Of a DNA stretch of 64,000 nt, positions 50,256 through 62,615 are shown piece by piece. The notes under the pieces are model-generated. The model worked only from the letters and a program-made list of their open reading frames with translations. It was not told the DNA's origin and did not search any database. The stretch's first letter is position 1. The number at the start of each line of letters is the position of its first letter. This DNA comes from Gnetum montanum (Eukaryota; Plantae; Gnetophyta): assembly GCA_015680685.1 (NCBI GenBank), contig MNCI01000900.1, positions 414,087 to 478,086 of the forward strand. Reading direction: 5' to 3'. The position numbers were made by a program, and so were the translations under genes.

Positions 50256-50827
50256 GCCTATGTGGTTAAAACACCTATTACTTTCTGAGGTGTTCCATGT
50301 CCTGCACATAACACAAGATGTTTCGCGTCCCATGCATGACACAAAGCACCCCTGCTTACTGTAGCGTAGCATGGGACACCCGTATCTAATGTAGCGTAGC
50401 ATGGTTCTACTGCAACATAGCACGCAACTACAATGTAGCACACAGATGCACTAAAATTTTTACTTCATTTTTTTACAATGTGGCTTAGTTATGGTCTACT
50501 ACAATCTTAAACAAGCAACTCTGACTTACAACATTGCATGGTTATGGTCCGCTAAAACCTTAAACTAGCAATTTCAACATACAATTTTGCATGGTTGCAG
50601 TTGACCACAACCTTAAACTGGTGACCTTAACTTAAAATTTTACATAGTTGTGGTTTGCTAAGACCTAACTAGCAACTATATAATGTCACATCATTGCTTT
50701 GCATATATTCATTGCATGTTGTCATTTTAAGAAGGTATCACTTGACTCCGTTTATTTGCTTATTATCGTAGGTTTCTTGGAAAAATGACTACACATGATG
50801 ATCTCTGTTCCCCCTTAATTCTAACAG

Positions 50828-53800
50828 GGCCCCATGGTAGGTTTACAAGATGCTTGAATGTAGAGTTCATAGACTTTGAACCATCCTCTTGTGACACCTA
50901 CATAGTGTCCTTAGAAATACCCCTGGACTAGCTCAAACACCTAGTCCAGGCCTTAGATTTAGAGGATAGGGATGTAACTGAGGACCCCCTTATTGAAATC
51001 CCCATGACTATATCCAAAGGAAAGGAAAGAACACTAAAAGTTAGCTTGTTACTGGAGTCACAGGTTAAACAAAGCATCTCTAGAGTCCTCAATGATAACA
51101 CCGAAGTGTTTTCATGGTCATACGAAGATATGCCAGGCTTAGACCTATGTATTATATAACACAATATCATACTAGACCCGTGTGTCAAGATGGTCAAAAA
51201 AAGCCCGCAAGATCAAACTAGAGATTGCATTAGTTGTACGTAGCAAAATCACTAAACTCTACCAGGCTGGGTTCATCCAAGTGGTTGATTATTCGAAATG
51301 GGTGTCAAACATCATTGTCATTTCTAAGAAAATAGGAGGTATATGAATTTTTATAGACTTCTAGGATTTGAATAAGGCAATGATTAAGGATAACTTTTCA
51401 TTTCCTAGCATCAACCAACTCATCAATACTACGGCCGGTCATGCCTTACTATCCTTTATGGATGGGTTTTCAAGCTACAAAAAAATCCACATAAACCTGA
51501 AACATCAGCTGGCAACTACTTCCATGACGTCCTGGGGAATCTTCTGCTACATAATGATTCCCTTCGGGCTAAAGAATGTAGGAGAAACATACCAGCAGGT
51601 GATGACCTACATCTTTAGTAATTACCTTTTAGAGAAGCTAAATGATTATGTGGATGACATAGTTGTTAAGTCTAAATAGGCTACTCACCATGAAAATGAC
51701 CTAAACTTGGTCCTTCAGCATTTTCGTAGGCATGAAGTTCATCTCAATCCTAGAAAGTATGTTTTTGGAGTCAAAATAAGATGCATGTTAGGCTTTGTGG
51801 TGTTAGAAATGGGGATATGTGTAGACCCCGATAAAGTTAAAGCTATAGTTAACTTAGCACTGCCTACAAACCTTAAGGAGTTGCATGGGCTACAAGGAAG
51901 GGTACAATTCATAAGAAGATTCATCAAAAGATTAACTAATAAGTTACATCCAATGCAATACTTGCTTAGAAAGGGTGTCAACTTTGAATGGATAAACCAA
52001 TCTCAAGAAGCTTTTGATAACTTAAAGAAAGAGCTTGCCCATCTCCCTACTATTTATCCTCCATAGAGAGACAAGTCATTTTACATTTACCTTGCTGCCT
52101 CGAACACATCTATTACTACCTTAATTTGCCAAAAGAGGAATGATGGTTTTGAAATCCCTATCTAATACCTGAGCCATGCCTTGATAGCTTATGAAGCCAA
52201 ATACAATGAAGGTAGAGAAAAATTATCTTGCTTTAGTATTTACGCTCAAGAAATGGAGGCATACTTTTTTCGTAGCCAAGTAAACATTATTTGCAAGAAT
52301 AACATACTTTGGGCTATTACAACCAACATATATGAAAGTAGTAGGATAACCCAATGGAAGGCCATAACTACAGAATTTGACCTACACTATGTAGCACAAC
52401 CATCTGTAAAAGGTCAAGCTATAGCTACATAACTTACATCCTTCCCTATTAATGACCCTGGCAGTGAGAGAACCTAAGTTCCTAGATGAACATGTTAATA
52501 GCATAAGCCTAGTACCAACAAACTTCGAAGCCATTCTCCACTTTGACGAGGATTTAACTACACAAGGTAGTAGTGCCTCCACGGTCCTCACACTTCCCTC
52601 TAGGGAGATCTAACCTTTTGCATATCACTTTACATTCCTTTGCACAAACAATGTGGTGGAATATGAGGGTCTCCTTATGAGCATCCTAGCAGCCTAGAAT
52701 TTGGGGATCCAAAGCCTAGCAATTCAAGGTGACTCGCAACTAGTTGTTAACTAAGTAACAAAGGTATACTCTTGCAAAGCATAGCATTTACAGCCTTACT
52801 GTGATTTGGCCAAGTACTTGCTAAAGCAGTTTGTAACCCTAGACGTCCAACATGTGACCTGTAGTGAAAAACCTATAGTAGATGCATTAGCCACGTTAGC
52901 ACTAAATGTGCCATCACATATGTTTGCTACCTTGCCTGCTTCGATAGTGGAATGCATCGATCCCATCATTCACATGGTACACATTGCATCTGTAAGTGCA
53001 ATGCATACTCAAGAATGGTATGAAAACATGAAAGCATACCTCCAACATGGTGAACCCCCATACAACTTGACACCTGAACAAAGGGATGCACTATGAAAAA
53101 TAGCTTAGCAATATGTCCTCATAGGAGACAACACCCTATGCAAAAACTCTTATGACGGGATATTTCTAGCTTGTGTTAGTGGGGACGAAGCACAAAAAAT
53201 TGTTGATCAAGTCCATGAGGGATTATGTGGAGGGCACATAGGTCCCAGGGCTATGGTAGCAAAAATTAGACATCTAGGCTATTACTGGCCTTGCATGAAA
53301 TGTGATTGTGTTGCTAAAGTAAGGACATGCAATGTATGTCAATGCTATGGGAACCTTATACACGTATTGCCTACTGAATTACATACCACATAGATCACAT
53401 GGCCATTCCAACGTTGGGGACTAGATATCATACAACCCATTACACCTAAGTCTTCTGTAGGGCATAGTTTCATAATTATCGCAATCGAATACTTTATAAA
53501 ATGAGTAGAAGCTATTCCCCTTAGAAAGACCACGTCTCAACAAGTTTGCCACTTCATTCTAGACAACATAGTAACATGATTTGGCCTTCCCATAACTATT
53601 TTTACTGACAACGGGCCACAATTCAGTAGCGTAGAAACCAAAGCCTTTTGTGAAAATCTTAATATCAAACATTTTTCTCATCACCATACTACCCCCAGGA
53701 AAATGGTCAAGCAAAAGCAACCAACAAAGTCATCATCAACCTTTTGAAAAGTATGCTTAGCAGTAGCAAGAGGTGATGGTACTAGAAAATCCTCTATGTT

Positions 53801-54256
53801 CTTTGGGTGTATCACATAATGTACAAGATAGCCATAGGGAAGACTCCATATAGTCTTATATATGAATCTGAAGTGGTGTTACCTCTTGAATTATAGGTCC
53901 CATTGCTTCAAATGATCCTTTTAAACATTGTGAACAAGGCTCAAAACAACGAGTCAAGGATCATTGATCTTGACTCTATAGAGGAGGAGTGCACCCAAAC
54001 ACTTAACCACATCAAATGGTACCAAGACAAGAAACAACGGAAACATCATTGCAATTTGTACCAATGACCAATCAAAAAGAAGGACTTAGTCCTCAAGGCC
54101 ATTTGTGAACCCGTGAGAAAATTCTCAGCCAACTAGGAAGGCCCTTTTGTAGTCACGAAAGCCTATGAGAATGTGGCATTCAAGCTAGCTAACATAGATG
54201 ACAATGAATTCCTGAATCCCATCAACCACTTGTACCTAAATCCATACTACATTTAA
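50828..54256 (+). pseudogene. pol: Element F pol: RT, RNase H, archaeal-type RNase H, integrase
   Basis: FSWSYEDMPGLD, SFMDGFSSY, PFGLKN, DYVDDIVVKS (51647); aRH CTNNVVEYEGL...QGDSQLVV (52640-52750); INT WPFQRWGLDII, TDNGPQF; stop at 54254. Confidence 0.93.
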
Positions 54257-54294
54257 CACGGAGGATTGCACCGAACGTGAAGCAAGGTAAGCAG

Positions 54295-54605
54295 ATTGTC
54301 CGCTATGACATAAAAATAGCACAGATAGTCTACTATGACTATAAACTAGCATAGATAGTTCACTATGACTATAAACTGGCACAAATAGTCCACTACGATG
54401 TAAAATTAGCATAGAACATCTGCTATGACATTAAATTGGCACAACACGTCTTTGGGCCACAACATAAAATTGGCACCCACAACATGATCTACTATGACCT
54501 TAAACTAGCCATCACCCATCCACTACAATGTTAAACTAGCACAATAGTTTGTTGGGACCTTAAACTAGCACATCTAATGGTCTATCAAGACCTTAAACTA
54601 GGTTT
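54295..54605 (+). repeat. About 30-bp tandem array downstream of F pol (ctatgactataaactagcacagatagtc)
   Basis: About 10 units with a conserved TAAACTRGCA core. Confidence 0.85.
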
Positions 54606-55998
54606 GTAGTGCAATGCCTCCCAGCTCACACATGTGACATTGTGAACAAGCAAGCGTGCACATCTTTGAGCTTGCTAGACAACATGGGGTGGGATGTTGT
54701 AGTTCTAGAATGAAGTTCATGTCATAAAAAAAACCCTCTAGGACACATGTAGTGTCATCATCCCTGGCATCTTTTTGATCTTCCAGAGATGTCATTTGAC
54801 ATCTTGCTAACCTTTCGGAGCTAGTGCTACCACTGCCAATCATCTTGGTCATAGCTCTCACCATTAGCACCTACTTTTGGAGTCCCAACACTATTGTGGC
54901 CTAGCCACAATGCTACCATCCTCTAGCCCTCACCATTATTAGACTTCAAAAAATCATTCAGCTATCAGGTTTCTCACCTTACAGCTGGATTTTATGATGC
55001 TTGCCTTTGGTGGGGATTCTTGAGCACTTGCATCATCATTGCTACTAGCCTCTTTAGTGCTCATTCTAGGTAGGGTTGTTGAAGCTTCCTAGCTTGCTGA
55101 TGTCAAAGCCTACACTGGCCTTTCTGCTTTTGACATTGCACACGTCAAACACAAAACTTACTACCCTGGCAACATCTCGAGTAGATAGGACTTTGACCTG
55201 ACTCCACTTGATGGTTTTTTTTATAGTTTCCTCTCTATTGTGTTTGCAAGATAAAAGTTAAGATGATTCCATTTAGAGATGCATTCCACCATGAGAGCAA
55301 GACACTACATTGTTCCAAAGTACCTACTTCGATTAGCCCAGCTACTTGAGAGTGCATATCCTACTCTCCCTTCAACCAACTTAATCTCCATTCCCTATAC
55401 TTACAAATTCTGACACCTTCTTCACAAGCTTCCCTAATGCACATAAAGCCCTCTCCTATGCCCAACCACTAGGCCTCTACAGGTAGGTCAAATTCCCAGA
55501 TGGATGTAACACAAACTAATCCTGGGGAGGAAACACCTATCCTACAACGATAAAAATATTTCCTTCAATTGAACATGAGTGTGCAACAAAAAGCACAAGA
55601 GCTTAAAAAAACTGTCCAAAAAAATGACATGATAGATACTTTGTAATTGTTTCAGCTATAAATCAACCATCTCTAAGCACTCCAGTGAGAGGTTGAGACC
55701 CAAAGAAAAAGACACCCATGTGTGCTGATTCCCTCATAAGCATTCAGACAAGGGATCACACTATGACATTGACTCTCATGATAACGTATCCTATACCTTT
55801 CCTCTTCCTTAGCCTAATTTCCTCAAAATTTCCCCCTTTCCCTATCATGCTTAGCTCTCGTAACACTCCCAATCATAGCAAAGGTTTATCTAAGCTAGCA
55901 CTAATGAACAGTGTGGGTGTTGTGTTTAGCATGGTGTTTTGTGTTCTTTGTCAATGTCTCTTAGGCAGATCCTCTAGACATCAACAAAGAGGGGCCAT

Positions 55999-58382
55999 TA
56001 AAACACCATCAATTTTGTGACTCTCACAATTCAGCATAGTCCCAAAAATTGGGCAAGGATCTCTACAAGCATGGTGTCATGCTGGACTGTGCAGAAAACA
56101 TGGTACCCCAGAAGTCCTAATGCATGCAAAGCTGCTTTTGAGCTTGCCTGCCACCTTTTGCAAGACAGTCAACACAACACCCAGCCATGAAGTCAGTTTG
56201 CATAAAAAAGGCACTAGGGGTAGACCATACATTCCAGAAAATTTTCTATCTCCTAGGCTAACAAGCTTGCTACACTCTCTAGCTTGCCCAACCTAACACA
56301 TGACCTAGTTGACAGTCTACCCAGGGACCATGCTAGGAGTTTCTGAAAGTGTTTAGGATGGACTAAACAATTCAACAAGTTTTCTAACTACGAGACCTAT
56401 TATGCTACGGTACGCTGCATAGAGTAGCAGGCCATGTGGAGACTAATTAGGCACCAAAGAAGAAGTTGACAATGACTTAGCCCTCCAAGATACCTACCCT
56501 TCTTCATCCTTGAAGCCTGACATAGGAGAATGTCGCAAATTTCATCAAAAATCATCTCCATTTGAGTGCTATGCTATGATACACTACACCGCATAGCACA
56601 GTGTAGCAGGGTTTTGGTGTCACAATACTTCTGCTCATATTGTTTTGATGAAGTAAAAAAAATTGCCCATGCTTAGACCATCAAAAATGCTTATTCTGAT
56701 GTGACTCCAAGACATGACTGACATCCCATGACAAAAAATTTTCAAAGTGAATCAAAATTTAGGCCAAATTAGGTGCTATGTTGTGCTACACTACATAGCA
56801 TAGCATAGTGTAGCAAGGTTAGAATGCACGAAGGTCCTCTATAAAGTGGTTCTAGTAAAGCAATTGCAGTTGGCCATGCTCCGACCTCCAAGACTGCCTG
56901 TCCCAATTCACCCTCAGGTCCCAATCAAAGTTTCTTGACAAATCATTGTAGATCAAGCAAGGATTCATGTCAAACTAACTACTATGTTGTGCTACACTAC
57001 ATAGCGTAGCACAATGTAGTAAGGACACAAAGCCCAAAACTGTCCTAAAGATGAAATCTGCAGGTCCTAGGGCCTTTCAACATGAAAATTAGGGTTGCCA
57101 ATTGTTGAATTTGCTTCCCTAGCCAAGTCTCAGAGGGGTATTTTCAATTTTTGAACAAGATTTATCTCAAAACTAGTTGCTATGCTACACTACGCTATGC
57201 AGCGTAGCGTAGTGTAGCGTGTGGGTATTCACGCTACTCTGCTATGTTGAGTAGCATAAATAGCGTAAAAATTGCAAAGAAACATTAGCATGTCCCTAGC
57301 AACTCTAGAACTCATTAGTAACGATCATTTCTACTTTGACATCTCCTTGACAGACAAGATTAGTAGTTTTCTTTGTTTTGCACTCTCCTATTGATTCCCA
57401 AAGTTGTCCCTATGCTTGACCTTACTCGCAAGAGAAGGGAATACGTAGTCCTGGGACGTAGGGTTCACTTTACATTTTCTATAAAAACATGATAGTTCCT
57501 TGGATTCTGGCACATGCAATTTGAACAGTATGGTCACAACTTTGCAGGTTTCACTTCCAACCTCATCCCACTAAGCATAACACTACAGTGTAGCACATCA
57601 GTGTAACATTACAGTGTAGCACCGCATGAAAGCATAACACATCCACATTTGCACTCTGTGGGACCCAAGACACATCTCTCTCCCACTCTTAGCCTTATAA
57701 ATACTCCAACAAACAACATTCAAATGGTTGGCTTTTAAGGTTGGCTTTTTGACTTGGCTTTCTTGCGATTGGAGATTGGCATTTTGGCATTTGGCTTTCT
57801 GCCGATTGGCTTTGGCAAAGAGGTTGGCAAGAAAAATGTTGAGGAATAGAAAATCCCAATAGTAGCACTTCCAGGATCTCTCTTAACCTAGTAAGAATTG
57901 GATCATCAGTTCCTATTAGTAGGCCATTGGCAGTAGTCTAGGAGCCATGACCATACCATTACGTTGTAAGTTGTGCATGTCTAGTACTGCATACCAGTTG
58001 TACATCTTCTTCAGCCAAACAAAGATCAAATCCCATAATTTTGGGATGGTGCATTCTCTCACTTAATCTCATTTCATTTCATTTCACTATATTTTGCATC
58101 ATTGTGTATGGATTCACATTTATTGCTCAGTTATATACTTTGTTATGCTTTTACTATTCTATGTGCTACGATTTTCTTCGCTTTAATCTCCACACATAAC
58201 ATTTAAAAATCACTATTCATGAAAGGTTATTGTACACCATGTAAGTCCCTGTCTAATCAACTAGACCATTCAGGTCATCCCATTTCTACTTTCTCTAGCA
58301 CGACCTTCGCATGGATCTAGGGTTAGCCTGTACGCCCGGTAACCTCTCAGTGTTCCAGCCACTGACGTTTTTGGCCATAACA
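55999..58382 (+). repeat. Element F 3' LTR
   Basis: Follows the PPT; ends ttttggccataaca, then the TSD. Confidence 0.92.
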
Positions 58383-58387
58383 ATTGG

Positions 58388-59500
58388 GTCATCCTAGTAA
58401 AATTCCATCATGTGGACCATTTCATAGGGGGTGGTTTTCAGTTTATTAACCTCCTCAGTGAGCTTCTGAATGAGCTAGAATTCTTGGTCCAAACTTGGGG
58501 TAGGCATAGCGGGCTACACCGGTTGTGCTACCAATTGTGCTACTTGAGTAGCCCACAACCCCATTGTGGGCTATGCAACCATGTGAGATGCATGTTGCAT
58601 GTGTTTTTGCATGTACTACTATGTATGTTGTGCCATGGGCATAGAGGCTAGGGCCCACCATGTAGTTTTGGCTAGCATCATTATATGGAATGCCAAGGAG
58701 ATAGGTGAAATGTATGATGCCTGAGTTGATGGAGGCTGGGACATTTGCACAATGTGCACATAAGGTTGCATCAGCATCATGGATGTTGGTAGGAATGATT
58801 GTGAAGACTATGCAAACATCATGAAGAAGAGGGTGGTAGATGGTTCTGCACCTTGATGTGTGTGATGTATAAAGGAAGGGGTGACAGATGGTCCTACACC
58901 TTGATGCATGTGCACTTGATGACTTGCCACCATCGAGGTTGACCTAGGATGTCACAAAGGGGATGTAATCACTTGGAGAAAGGAAAATGATTGAGACTAT
59001 GGAAGGATGAAACTAGACATAGCTTATTGGAAAGAGGTGTAAAACAGATTCTCATTCTCTAAACAAGCCTCAAACTCATCCTTCCCATCAACTCATCCTA
59101 TGCATCTTGTAGGGGCTCCTCATAGTTAGTTGCTACATTGTACTCATTTAACTCACTCAGTCAAATGAGTTGGTCATGCATCCACTGAAAGATCTTAGTG
59201 AGCACAATGAAATCATTAGGGGTAGGGAAGTACTCCCTCCTATTCTAGTGTATGCTTTCATAACCTTGTTTAGCATTCATTTCTTGGTACTCTAGGGATA
59301 GACCTTCCCTATAGTTTTGTGTAAAGGAAGTTATATTTTTCATCACCAAGTACCATGTACTCAAGTGGTTGGTTACATATTTTGAAAGATTACCTCTTCA
59401 CCAAGGCAAACCCTCTGGCCCCAAGAAGATCAATTGTGATCTCCTACTAAATGGATCTAACAACAACTATTCTTAGGATAGAAGTTGAAGGCTGGTTAGG
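58388..59500 (-). pseudogene. gag: Element E gag, 5' part (Pro/Gln/His-rich, degenerate)
   Basis: Lies between E's PBS and the F insertion; joins in frame to 39230; start position uncertain. Confidence 0.6.
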
Positions 59501-59931
59501 GTTCATGATGCTATGTGAAAAATGAAAGAGTTACAGATGCTAAAAAATGGCTAAGTAAGAAGATGCTGAAATTGCTAAAAATGGCTAAGTCTAAAAATGT
59601 TACTAAAAAATTAACTCTAGTGTGTTACACTTGCTATGTTGAGGTCTACTATGCTCTCACGTTGAGAGCCAGTTATGCTCCCCTGAGCACATAGATTTTT
59701 GGCTAAGTGACAAAGATACACTTTGGCTCTCATCTAACAGGCTTCCATGGAAATCAACAACTAGGTCCAATTTGCATCAATCAACTAATAGACAACTCCT
59801 ACACTAGCCTATGATCCAACTACTACCATGGTAAGTCAACAGGGGTGTTAATTCCATGATAGCCTAAAACTAGTAACAGAGGTATAGAGAGCATGCAGGA
59901 CTACCACTAAATGTAGAAGGAAATGACACGT

Positions 59932-59948
59932 CCCTCCTTCTAGCACTA
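59932..59948 (-). other. PBS of element E (tRNA-Asn type)
   Basis: ccctccttctagcacta, the reverse complement of the F PBS motif (one mismatch), next to the LTR. Confidence 0.78.
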
Positions 59949-59954
59949 GAAAAC

Positions 59955-61619
59955 TATAGTGATCAAAAATGTTGGTGGCTAAAATGATCACGTTGAGGGT
60001 TCACAACCATGGTGTAGCCCTAACCCTACCCTCATCTGAAGGGTCATCACTAGAAGGGAAAAATGGAGGCAAAGTGCCCAAGAAAATATTATCTATCAAA
60101 TTGGGACTTACAAAGTGTTTTGATGAACAAGTGCTAGGGGTTTGCACAATGTTTTTGATGGTACTAAGACCAACTAAGCTTAACTGTAGCTAGGTCTCCC
60201 AGTGCAAAAATGATGATGTAAGTAGTCAAATGCATGCAAAATAGTGAAAAATGTGAGTGTAATGCTAAATGCCAAAGAAAATGCTTGAAAATGCAAAGGA
60301 TTTTGAGAGAGGGAGAATGACATCACCCCAAATGGGAGGAGCATAACAACTACACAAGAGAGCTAAGGTGGTATGTGGTGTATAGATGGGCACAATAGGA
60401 AATGTAGTCACAGTCTCTAGTTTCTCTGAGCTATGGAAACTGATGTATGTTGTGAAGTCTATGCTTGTTGGATTGGTTTTCATGGTGTCCTATGGATGGT
60501 GGTGTGCTATGGTGTTGCTAAGGTGCTAAGCACTCTAGGGTGCAGCGTGCCTAGTTTGTGTTAGGTTTGCTAGCTGAATGTTTTAAAATTCCAACTGTTA
60601 AATGAAATTTCCAACCAAATTCCTCAAAATGCCAACCCCTATAATGTGAAACACAAGGGTATTTATAGGGTTAGGGTCGATGTAAAGTGTAGATTAGGTA
60701 CCACGTGGCAAAGGGTAGTTGATGCTACGCTGACCCAACTACACTTCCTTTGCAGCAACTAGTGCTACACACTAGTGTGCTTCAATGGACCCTGAGAGAC
60801 TTTTGGACTATGACTACACTACCAATATTACATGTTCCAAAGTTGAAAAGACCACAATGTACCTAAAAATAATGCAAAATAGTGCAATTTGGAGGCTATG
60901 CTCTAGGACTATGCTCTCCCCTCTTTCAAGTGGAGTTGGTCATAGGTACAATTTTGGGACATAAGGGGTGCAACAGAAATCCAAATTACTAATCTTGCTT
61001 GCTAGAGGAGTGTCAAAGCTAAGATGAAGGTTAGTGGTGAGCTATGGAAGCTTTTGGAGGCTATCCTACATTGCTACACTAGCTATACTCTAGAGCGTAG
61101 CCCAATAGCTAGGAAAATTCTATAAAAATTAAAGTCCAGTGTTGGCTACACTCTGGAGTGTAATAGGAAAAGTGAGATCATAGCACTAACACTTGGAAAA
61201 AAATTGGCAAAACTTGTAGTCTTCATCTAGGCTATGATCTTAAGCGTAACAAGAAGAGTAGCCTCAAGAGTTAGAAAATCTACTAAAATTTTTCGTCCAT
61301 GGTGAGCTAGGTTGATGGCTTCTAGCTTGACAGTTAGGCAAACTAGCCACTAAAGTGCATGGTACATTGGCTATGCTCTGAAGTGTAGTAGGGAGAATGG
61401 GAGTGTAGCACAAGACTTAGAAAACATTTTTGTAACTACTATCAACACTTCAAAAATTTTGCAAATCTAGGTCTTTGCTGCATGCTACATTGACTATGCT
61501 TTAAAGCATAGTCCCAACAGTGGAAGCATGGGCTAAACACTTAGAAAAAATTTACCTCATGTTGACACTTAGACAAATTTTCTGTTGAGGTGCTATCACT
61601 TGAATTTGGTGGTGTTTCA
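59955..61619 (-). repeat. Element E 5' LTR
   Basis: Direct repeat of 22608-24262; minus-strand TATA (gggtatttataggg) near 60660. Confidence 0.9.
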
Positions 61620-62615
61620 ATGTTGTGATTGTTAACATCTAGTTTCTATTCTTTAATTTTGATGTCTAATGACTATGACATGGCTTAGTTTTCATGGAAT
61701 AGGTAGTGAGTCCACATCATCTGCAAATCCAAAAAACTCTATGGTTTTCCTTATTTTTGGAATTTGGGCTCCCTTCCATTAAAGAAACTTTTAATCAATT
61801 GGTAACCCTAGTATTTCCAAAATTAGGAAGGATTCAAAGGTTTATAGAGGATGTGACTTCAAGGGGACTCAATACTTTTTGTACTCTTCTACTTTCTTGA
61901 GTGCCTAAGTGTTTTTCATGAACTTCTAACTATTCCATTTCAACCACTACTAATAAGTCAAATAAAGTCTTTGCATGGTGTGGTTTCCATCCAAAAATTC
62001 AAGAAAAAACATGATGAAAATTTAAAACACACCTCTTAGATAAATAAATGAGCTACAAGCACTAGTTATGGGACTAGAAATACATGCATCCATGCCTAAA
62101 GGTCACCTCTAACTAAGGCCCCCTTTCACTTCCTACTTCTCTTTTCTTCTCTTTATGGAACAATGGTTGTTTTGTGAATGCATTCTCATGTCTCAAGGGG
62201 GTGGATCAATCTTAGACTGGTGATGTGAAGTCACTAAAAGAAGCTAGTTTTGGTCTGGACTAAGTATGGATATTCTTAGATTATTTTAAACAAAAACTCC
62301 ACAAGGGACTTCATATGACCTTAATTCAGGATTCCATTCCACCTTCTCAATCATCCATCTATGCTGCTATAACTTACCTCACTGCTGGTTTCTATGTTAT
62401 GTTCAATGTCTTGGTGTGATATGTTGGAATTCTTGGATATATTCTTTTTGGTTAGTCCTTAAATTTTCATGATCATTAATTAACTATGGGGCCCATGGAC
62501 TCCTTAGTGGAGGTTATGCAAGGGCAACAATAGCATGAGCCTACTATGGGGAGGACCCACTTACATATCTCTTTGCTTGGTTAGTTAAGTCCCTTAGCCA
62601 TTCATACAATCCTAT

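Larger units (their letters stand above)
39236..58382 (+). mobile_element. Element F: Tat-clade Ty3/gypsy (19.1 kb) inserted in E gag
   Basis: LTR pair 39236-41621 and 55999-58382; TSD ATTGG (39231-39235 / 58383-58387); PBS 41627; PPT aaagaggggcc ~55986; E gag frame restored on removal (EFY*DDP|ISPAIP). Confidence 0.94.
22608..61619 (-). mobile_element. Element E: Tat-clade Ty3/gypsy (RT-RH-aRH-INT), full length, interrupted by F
   Basis: LTR pair 22608-24262 and 59955-61619; TSD ATGTT (22603-22607 / 61620-61624); PBS at 59932-59948; PPT next to 24262. Confidence 0.92.
14771..62615 (+). mobile_element. Element B: Athila-like Ty3/gypsy with gag-PR-RT-RH-INT; interrupted by E (22608-61619) and G (62616-); 3' LTR outside the window
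   Basis: LTR, Asp-type PBS, gag and pol domains; sequence resumes after E's TSD at 61625 with a region homologous to A 6500-7460. Confidence 0.8.

Noticed and set aside
54295-54605. CRISPR-like appearance of the repeat/spacer array (also 25890-26285)
   Set aside because: Eukaryotic retrotransposon context, degenerate repeats, spacers related to each other and no cas genes; it is a tandem array.
62611-62615. CCTAT before G identical to C's TSD
   Set aside because: Different elements 50 kb apart; a 5-mer coincidence.
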